64,000 bases of DNA from NCBI GenBank assembly GCA_965233585.1, contig CBDDTI010000747.1, positions 256,001 to 320,000 on the forward strand, in the 5' to 3' direction. This stretch comes from a bacterium. Its GTDB lineage: Bacteria > SAR324 > NAC60-12. The position numbers and the translations under genes were made by a program. This document shows positions 57,737 to 64,000 of the stretch, one piece after another. Numbering within the stretch: the first letter of the stretch is position 1; each line of letters starts with the position of its first letter. Under the pieces are notes generated by a model. It worked only from the letters and a program-made list of their open reading frames with translations. It was not told the DNA's origin and made no database searches.

Positions 57737-59839
57737 TTACAGAGAATTTGGCAGAATAGAAACGATTTGAGGAAAGAGGATTAAAAGTGCAATGGTTGCA
57801 ACATCTGCGATAAAGAACGGGAAACACCCCCTAAACACTTGTTGTACAGGAATATCAGGACGCACTGAAGAGACAACGAAGCAATTCAAGCCAATCGGAG
57901 GAGTGATGAGGCAAAGCTCTACCATCTTGACAACGATGATGCCAAACCAGATTGGGTCAAATCCCAATGCCACTACGCTAGGATAAACGATTGGAAGGGT
58001 CAACAATAACATTCCTATTGCATCCATGAACATACCAAGCACTCCATACACCGACAAGATGCAAATCAAAATGACCATTGGAGAATAATCTAAAGACACA
58101 ATCCATCTCTCCAAACTCTCTGGAACACCAGAAAATCCTAAAAATCTGACATAAATCAAAATTCCCCAAATCAAAGTGAAGATCATCACAGTCAATCGTG
58201 AAGTCTCAAGTAAGACTTCTTTGAACTGCTTCCATCTCATTTTATTTTTGTACGCATAAAAGAAGACCAGCAATGCCCCCAAAGCCCCGTCCCTTTGGGG
58301 GCAGTGTTCACTTGATATTGGCATGATATTTTTCAAACCTTTTATAGTCAAAGAAGAGTTGTAGAGAGTGTTCCAGCATGTCAAAAGTTTTGGAATGTCG
58401 TTTAGATTTTCTCATCAAGCGAGCTAGGTTATCTCTGATGGAAGAATTAGAAGATTCAATGAGATGAGTGTTGTCCTTGCCTATCTGATGCTTTTGTGGA
58501 ATTTGGAGTTGTGCAAATGCCACTTGATAGCATGAGTTGGCATCTGTATAAATCGTTTCAATTCTAGCTCGTTGTGCTTTGACTAGTGCATACAGCTGCT
58601 TTGCTGCTGCTAATCCTTTGCCTATCACAAAGGCAATCACACATTGTTCTTGACGAGAATAGGCTGTCCAAACAGCTACTCTTTGGCTTTTTTTTGAACA
58701 AAAGTGTAGATCTCATCCATCTCTATACTATCTACTTGTGCATGGAAACTTGGTGCGTCTTTTGGAAGTTGAGACACTCTAGCTTTTTTGATCCAGTTGA
58801 CAATTGAAGCGGGAGACACCTGCAAAAAACGAGCGATCTTTCTGATGCCTACACTATTGACATACATCTCTAAGGCTTGACGCTTGGTCTCTAGTGGGAT
58901 TCTCAACCCATTTGAGGTGAATGCTCTCTGACATGACTTGCAACGATACCTCTGAACCCCTTTGTAACTTCCATTCTTGATATAAGTCTGACTCCCACAA
59001 TGATGACAACTTCTCATTTCCATTCCTCAAATTCACTCTCACATGCAATGACAATACCAACTAAACACCGCCGCCTCTGTGGGTGACGCTAGCCCAAAAT
59101 AAATCCCTCCAAAAATAAACAAAATGACTAGAAAAATAGGTAAGACGCCCGGAAGAGATTGAAACCTCTGTAACCATGTGAAACCTGTGATGTGGGGGAC
59201 TTGCTGAGGCTTGGCTAATCCAATTCCGACAATCAACAACACATAAATCAAAGCAGAAAAGAGACCGGGTAAAAACCCTGCAAGCAAGAGCTTGCCGACA
59301 GACTGTTCTACAATCACAGCATAAATCACCAGCATCGCACTGGGTGGAATCAAAGTGGCAAGAGTCCCCCCTGCCGCAACGACTCCAGCCGCCAATCGCT
59401 TATCGTAGCCAACTTGCAAGAGTTCTGGGATTGCAATGCGTGAAAAGACAGCAGCTGTGGCAATGCTAGCTCCTGACACTGCAGAAAACCCTGCAGTTGC
59501 AAAAATTGTTGCCACGCCAAGACCACCGGGAAGCCAGCCCAGCCATCGTTTTGCTGCATCAAAAACAGCTCTGGTCAGACCTGCATGATAGGCAAGGTAT
59601 CCAATCAAAATAAAAGCAGGCAAGACGCTCAACGCATAAGTCACCACTTTGGAATGAGGCACGGTGCCAGCCATTTGAATCGCCACCCAAACGCCTTTTT
59701 CAAATCCTAACTTCTGCGAAAAAATAGCAACAAGACCTAGCAATCCAATAGAAGCTGTGGCAAAAGCAACTCTCATTCCCATCACAACAAGCACAAGCAA
59801 TGCAAGGGTGAACACAACACCTAAGGTGAGGGCGTCCAT
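57737..59839 (-). pseudogene. dctM: TRAP transporter large permease DctM, interrupted by IS1
   Basis: N-half to 'GLASPTEA' (~59068-59839); C-half from 'GALGALL' to 'LITPPIGLNCFVV' (57737-~58288). Confidence 0.9.
58300..59058 (-). mobile_element. IS1-family insertion sequence, second type (~759 bp)
   Basis: Ends GGTATTGT... / GGCAGTGT...; InsA-like 'CHHCGS...KNG..QRYRCKSC' (58676-59023) and DDE ORF (58308-58640) joined by a -1 shift at an A8G slippery run. Confidence 0.88.
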
Positions 59840-60469
59840 TTATTCAGACTCCTTTGTCTCTTGGTGTGCCTGTTCCGCTTTTTCCTCCACACTCAAAATG
59901 ACAGGAACAGCAGTGGGCGTTTTGGTAGGGTCAATGGCAAGTCTCACATATCCGAAAAATTGAATCAAAACCCTTAAAAACAAGAGTCCAAACATCAAAG
60001 GAATTAACAATTTACTGGGCCAGACGACAAGACCGATGTTAATCGTCGTGTCTCCGTTAGTCCAAGCCCTAAAAAAATGCTGGTATGTTCCTAAAATGAG
60101 AAGAAAAAACAAAGAATTAGCAAGTAAAGTAGTGAGGCTTTCTATACCCCAAAGTAACCTTCCTTTGAGCCTTTCTAAAACCATCTCCATACGGATATGA
60201 CCATCGGTTCGCTGACAATGTGCAATGCCTAGAAAAGCAAACACGACCATCGCTTGCTCCACTAAGTCAATATAACCGGGAATGGGTTGGTTGAAAAAGA
60301 AACGACTGATGACCTGACTTGCACCTAAAATTGTCAATAAAAAAATGGTCAGTCCTCCTAAAAAACTTAATCCATTCTCCAAGTGAGACAAGTAGCTGTG
60401 ACACTTGCAAATGAACTTTGCCAAAGCATCATCAGGTTGTTGGGTCGTCAAAGATTCTTGATACTGCAT
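59840..60469 (-). CDS. dctQ: TRAP transporter small permease DctQ
   Basis: Four TM helices, 'RFFFNQPIPGYID', 'GHIRME'. Confidence 0.9.
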   Translation of the reverse strand: MQYQESLTTQQPDDALAKFICKCHSYLSHLENGLSFLGGLTIFLLTILGASQVISRFFFNQPIPGYIDLVEQAMVVFAFLGIAHCQRTDGHIRMEMVLERLKGRLLWGIESLTTLLANSLFFLLILGTYQHFFRAWTNGDTTINIGLVVWPSKLLIPLMFGLLFLRVLIQFFGYVRLAIDPTKTPTAVPVILSVEEKAEQAHQETKESE

Positions 60470-60485
60470 GAAAGAGACCTTTAGG

Positions 60486-61229
60486 TCATTTGCGTTTCAT
60501 AAAGACATTGTATCTAAATTGAGAATTGCTATAGCCTTCTACTTGCTGAGTTTCAATTTCCATATCAAAGGAATTCTTTTGAGCAAACTCGGCAAAAAAA
60601 TCCTTGCTATAAAAAAGATGACGCAAATTTTGATAGAGTTGGTTGTATTTCTTTTGACCTAAAACATCAATGCGAGATTGGATATAATCCTTCTCATAAT
60701 CTAAATCATTGACATCTAATATAAACATCAGCCCACTATCATTCAAATAGGTAGCCATGCTTTTCAGAACACTTAAAGCATAATCCTGATTTGGGAAATA
60801 ATGAAAAACAGAATGACTGATAGCTAAATCCACCCTCACATTATTCAGTTTTTGATTCGCTTCTTGGCAAAAAAGCCTTGCATTAGGCATCAGTTTTTGA
60901 GCAATTTTGATAAATCCTTGAGAATAATCACAACCCAATGTTTGATAACCTTGACTGTAAAAAAAATTTAATAGCAACCCTGCTCCACAACCAATTTCTA
61001 GAACACTCTGACAATTCCAATCATTTGCTTTTTGAATGATATGACTTGCATATTCTATGTAAACTTCTTTAGAAATATAGCCACCAGCTTGATGATTAAA
61101 ACCTCCTAATTCAATAAGTTTCTCCAGACTTAACTCTGTTGTAACATCAACATTAGATTTTTTATCCCAAATGTTTTTCCAATCTTTGAGAGTTGAGTTG
61201 TTTTCAATAGTTTGTTTCAGAGAAGTCAT
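60486..61229 (-). CDS. Class I SAM-dependent methyltransferase
   Basis: 'VLEIGCGAG', 'GCDYS', 'HSVFHYFP'; AT-rich; ATGA overlap with the dctP stop. Confidence 0.85.
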   Translation of the reverse strand: MTSLKQTIENNSTLKDWKNIWDKKSNVDVTTELSLEKLIELGGFNHQAGGYISKEVYIEYASHIIQKANDWNCQSVLEIGCGAGLLLNFFYSQGYQTLGCDYSQGFIKIAQKLMPNARLFCQEANQKLNNVRVDLAISHSVFHYFPNQDYALSVLKSMATYLNDSGLMFILDVNDLDYEKDYIQSRIDVLGQKKYNQLYQNLRHLFYSKDFFAEFAQKNSFDMEIETQQVEGYSNSQFRYNVFMKRK

Positions 61230-62241
61230 TTCACAGCATTCAAAGCTGTCTCCAACAGCTCCCTTGCAGGAACTCCTTGAGCTTCTTTTTCTTCAATCCA
61301 CTGGTCCCAAATGGTGGAAGCCTTAGAGCGAATCAACTTTAAGTCAGCAGGAGAGTAGGTGATTTTCTTCATTTTGCGTTGTTCAGCCGCTTCCTCAAAT
61401 CTTGTGTAATATTGACCATACTGGCTCACGTAATGGTCTAATGCCTCATCAACAGAACCAAGTAAAACCTTCTGATATTTTTGAGAAAGGTCATCAAACG
61501 CTTGCTGATTGACAACCACAGGGCAGTCCACAGTCCCGGGATTGAGGTTGGTTGTGTAATACTCACCAAGTTCTACCATCTTAAACGCCAAATGAGCATG
61601 AGGGGCAAACCCAGCGGCATCTAACGCACCTGTGTCTAGTGCTGTATAAGTTTCTGATGCTGTAAACAAGGTTGGAATGGCACCAAGTTCTTTCACTAAT
61701 TTTCCTGCTCCTCCACCTAAACGGATGCGCATACCTTTCAAATCTTTCACTGTCATAGGGGGTTTACCACGACCAACCAAATTGTATTGGGGCAATGGCG
61801 TTGGCATCAGTAACATGGCATTCCAACACCTGATGTCTTTTTTGACTGCAGGATGTTGATAGACCGCTTGGTTGATTTGAATTTGTTCGTTCAGGTTGTC
61901 AGCAGGTAGAAAAGGCAAAGACCCGACAGTCAAAGCAGGGGTTTTTTCAGGGTGATAAATCACACAAAATTGAGCCATTTCAAATGCTCCAATAGAAATT
62001 CCATCAAGGTTTTCTCTGGATTTAGAAAGGACCCCCCATAATGAAGTTTAATTTGAAACTTGCCGTTTGTCTTTTGAGATACCACTTCAGACAATTTTTC
62101 TACATTCTCTGTAAACCCTCTCCGTTTACCCCACAAAGACACATTCCATTTCACTTGCTCTGCAAGAATTTCTGACGTTCCAAAAGCTGTTAAAGCCAGC
62201 CCGAAACCTAATTTGACGATTGTTTTCATATTCATAAACAT
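61226..62241 (-). pseudogene. dctP: TRAP substrate-binding protein DctP (frameshift in a G6 run)
   Basis: Adding one G to the minus-strand G6 (~62032-62037) gives HYGGVLSKSRENLDGISIGAFEMAQFC and joins ORFs 61960-62241 and 61226-61978. Confidence 0.85.
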
Positions 62242-62247
62242 TTTTAT

Positions 62248-62321
62248 AAAGTTAAATCAAAAAGTTAAATCAAGATGATAAAAAACAGATTGAGTGTAAA
62301 GACACCTTTCTATGGTGTCAA
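62248..62321 (-). promoter_or_regulatory. TRAP operon promoter with candidate operators
   Basis: TTGACA (62316-62321), 17-nt spacer, TACACT (62293-62298); palindrome GACACC-N7-GGTGTC over the -35/spacer; tandem 13-mer AAAGTTAAATCAA twice (62248-62273). Confidence 0.6.
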
Positions 62322-62367
62322 GAGAATTTTTGACGGCATTTAGTTGAGTTTAGAGCAAATTCATTTT

Positions 62368-63351
62368 TCATTTCTTCATCGTTTCAAAGTCTTCATAATT
62401 CACAGCCTTGTAGAGAAGTGGCTTTTGAGCATAGACTTGTTTTAAATTCGCTATGGCATTTGCGATGGTGCGGGGTCTGCTTTCTTTAGAAGGAGCAGCA
62501 TGAGGGGTGAGAATCACACGACTTTGTTGCAAGAGGTTAGAATCTTTAGCAAGGGGTTCAGACTCAAAAACATCAAGACAGGCACCTTGAATGACTTCTG
62601 TTTGTAAGGCATGGCAAAGGTCTTGTTCGTGGACAACAGCACCACGCGAGGTATTCACTAAAAGGGCATCAGACCGCATCTGTGCTAAAGTTTCTTTGCA
62701 AATCATTTTGGCAGTTTGTGAAGTCAGAGGAACGTGCAACGTCACCACTTCTGAACGTTTTAAAAGCTCTTGAAAACTCACAAACTGCAACGAGGTTTGT
62801 TTTTTTACAATGTCATAATAGAGGCATGTCATGCCAAAAGCCTCAGCAAGCCTTGCCACTGCTTGACCAACAAATCCCAATCCAACAATCCCAAGAGTCT
62901 TGCCAAAAAGTTCCTGATTCGTTTCTTTGAGAGCTGACCATTCTTTGAGGCTTGAACATTGACATTGCCTGACTTGACGTTGTTGAGCCTCTAGTTGACG
63001 AAACCATGCAAGAAGCATCAAAAAAACATGTTCTGCAACAGCTCTGGCATTTGCACCTCCGTTATTACCGACTAACACACCAAATTGCTTGGCAAGCGGA
63101 AGGTTGACTTGGTCATAACCTGCACGAATGGTTTGAATGACCTGCAGACGTTTGGCAACTTTGTGATGGTGAGGCTGTAATGAAGGTTCTCCTAAAATAG
63201 CATGAGCTTCAGCAAGAGATTGCTCAAAATCATCAGGAGTGTTTTGGAAGTCAATGCGTTGAAATGCGAAGGCTTCAGGGGCATATTGGGTCAAATAATC
63301 ATAAAACTGATCATAAATGTATGGCTCAACCAGAACATGAAAAGGTGGCAT
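62368..63351 (-). CDS. D-isomer-specific 2-hydroxyacid dehydrogenase
   Basis: 'AVAEH', 'GIVGLGFVG', 'LHVPLT', 'NTSRGAVV', 'LDVFESEP', 'LTPHAA'. Confidence 0.92.
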   Translation of the reverse strand: MPPFHVLVEPYIYDQFYDYLTQYAPEAFAFQRIDFQNTPDDFEQSLAEAHAILGEPSLQPHHHKVAKRLQVIQTIRAGYDQVNLPLAKQFGVLVGNNGGANARAVAEHVFLMLLAWFRQLEAQQRQVRQCQCSSLKEWSALKETNQELFGKTLGIVGLGFVGQAVARLAEAFGMTCLYYDIVKKQTSLQFVSFQELLKRSEVVTLHVPLTSQTAKMICKETLAQMRSDALLVNTSRGAVVHEQDLCHALQTEVIQGACLDVFESEPLAKDSNLLQQSRVILTPHAAPSKESRPRTIANAIANLKQVYAQKPLLYKAVNYEDFETMKK

Positions 63352-63409
63352 CTTTTAATTTAAGGTTTCTTTTTCAATCTTAAGGATTTGTCTTTTTAAA
63401 ATTCATCTT

Positions 63410-64000
63410 TTAGTGATGAAAGACAGAAGTCTGCCAACCTTTATCCAAATCTCCATAGCCATCAATCAAGAGTTCAATCAAAGTGGGTAGCACTGCCTGT
63501 GCTTTGTCTGAAAGTTCTTGAAAACTTCTACCAGAAGGCAGATTTGGGCGGTTTTTCATCATTTTGCAAAGTGCTTGATACACTTGGACAAGGTGCAAGA
63601 CATCATTTGCCGCATACTGTAATTGCTTCTGACTCAAATGTTCTGAAGACCAATCAGTTTGCTGTGACTGCTTTTCAAGATGCTCTCCGATAAATTCTTC
63701 TACCAAATGCCTTAAACCATGAGAGTCCGTGTAGGTTCTAATGACCTTACTCATCACTTTCGTACAGCAAAAAGGCTGAACGTCAATTCCGAGTGAGGTT
63801 TTAAAAAAAGCAACATCAGTCAGTGCAAAATGAAAAAGTTTAAGAGTGTCTTGAGACTCAAGCAGTTGTTTTAATCTTGTCAAAGGCACATCAGGTTTGG
63901 GACGAATGAGGCAGACGTTAGATTGAGCATCGCAAAGTTGTACAAGGCAGATATGGTCCCGACCCAGCTTCAAACCGTGTAATTCTGTGTCCACTGCAAG
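63410..64000 (-). CDS. RNase D-like DEDDy 3'-5' exonuclease (5'-truncated by the window edge)
   Basis: 'AVDTE.HGL...RD..CLVQL', 'KLFHFA..D', 'FCCTK', 'SQQTDWS', 'YAANDV'. Confidence 0.9.
   Translation of the reverse strand, partial: LAVDTELHGLKLGRDHICLVQLCDAQSNVCLIRPKPDVPLTRLKQLLESQDTLKLFHFALTDVAFFKTSLGIDVQPFCCTKVMSKVIRTYTDSHGLRHLVEEFIGEHLEKQSQQTDWSSEHLSQKQLQYAANDVLHLVQVYQALCKMMKNRPNLPSGRSFQELSDKAQAVLPTLIELLIDGYGDLDKGWQTSVFHH

Noticed and set aside
94..63693. Numerous 60-160 aa ORFs antisense to or in alternative frames of well-supported genes
   Set aside because: No motifs or RBS support; expected shadow ORFs.

Overview
AT-rich bacterial chromosome segment, by eye roughly 35-40% GC. Protein content suggests a flagellated, probably marine, deltaproteobacteria-like organism, possibly SAR324-like; this placement is a weak inference. 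The backbone is densely packed and heavily shuffled housekeeping DNA in which many normally conserved operons appear as fragments: fliF-fliH-fliI without fliG/fliJ, a solitary rplC, thiB with a TPP riboswitch but no thiPQ, oppABC without oppDF, lone recD, trpD, mnmA, aroK, icd, dsbA, nadK, ispE, lipA and astB/astD, plus split Bat/VWA genes. Accessory DNA includes: (1) a 5-kb defence island (GmrSD-like DUF262-DUF1524, an AIPR-like gene, HicAB/HicA, DUF2442, DUF2188, a nucleotidyltransferase remnant) headed by a sigma70 promoter and an unclassified structured RNA with GAAA-capped hairpins; (2) a type II RM pair; (3) a ~0.9-kb array of CGTC-type palindromic repeats; (4) a DUF4160/DUF2442 islet inside the ast cluster; (5) three IS1-family elements, two flanking a dual-AAA ATPase cargo and one disrupting a TRAP dctM; (6) a compositionally foreign AhpD/SDR/photolyase islet; (7) a mosaic tandem duplication of an FN3-repeat lipoprotein. 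No rRNA, tRNA or CRISPR array was seen. All calls come from reading the sequence by eye; no searches were run.
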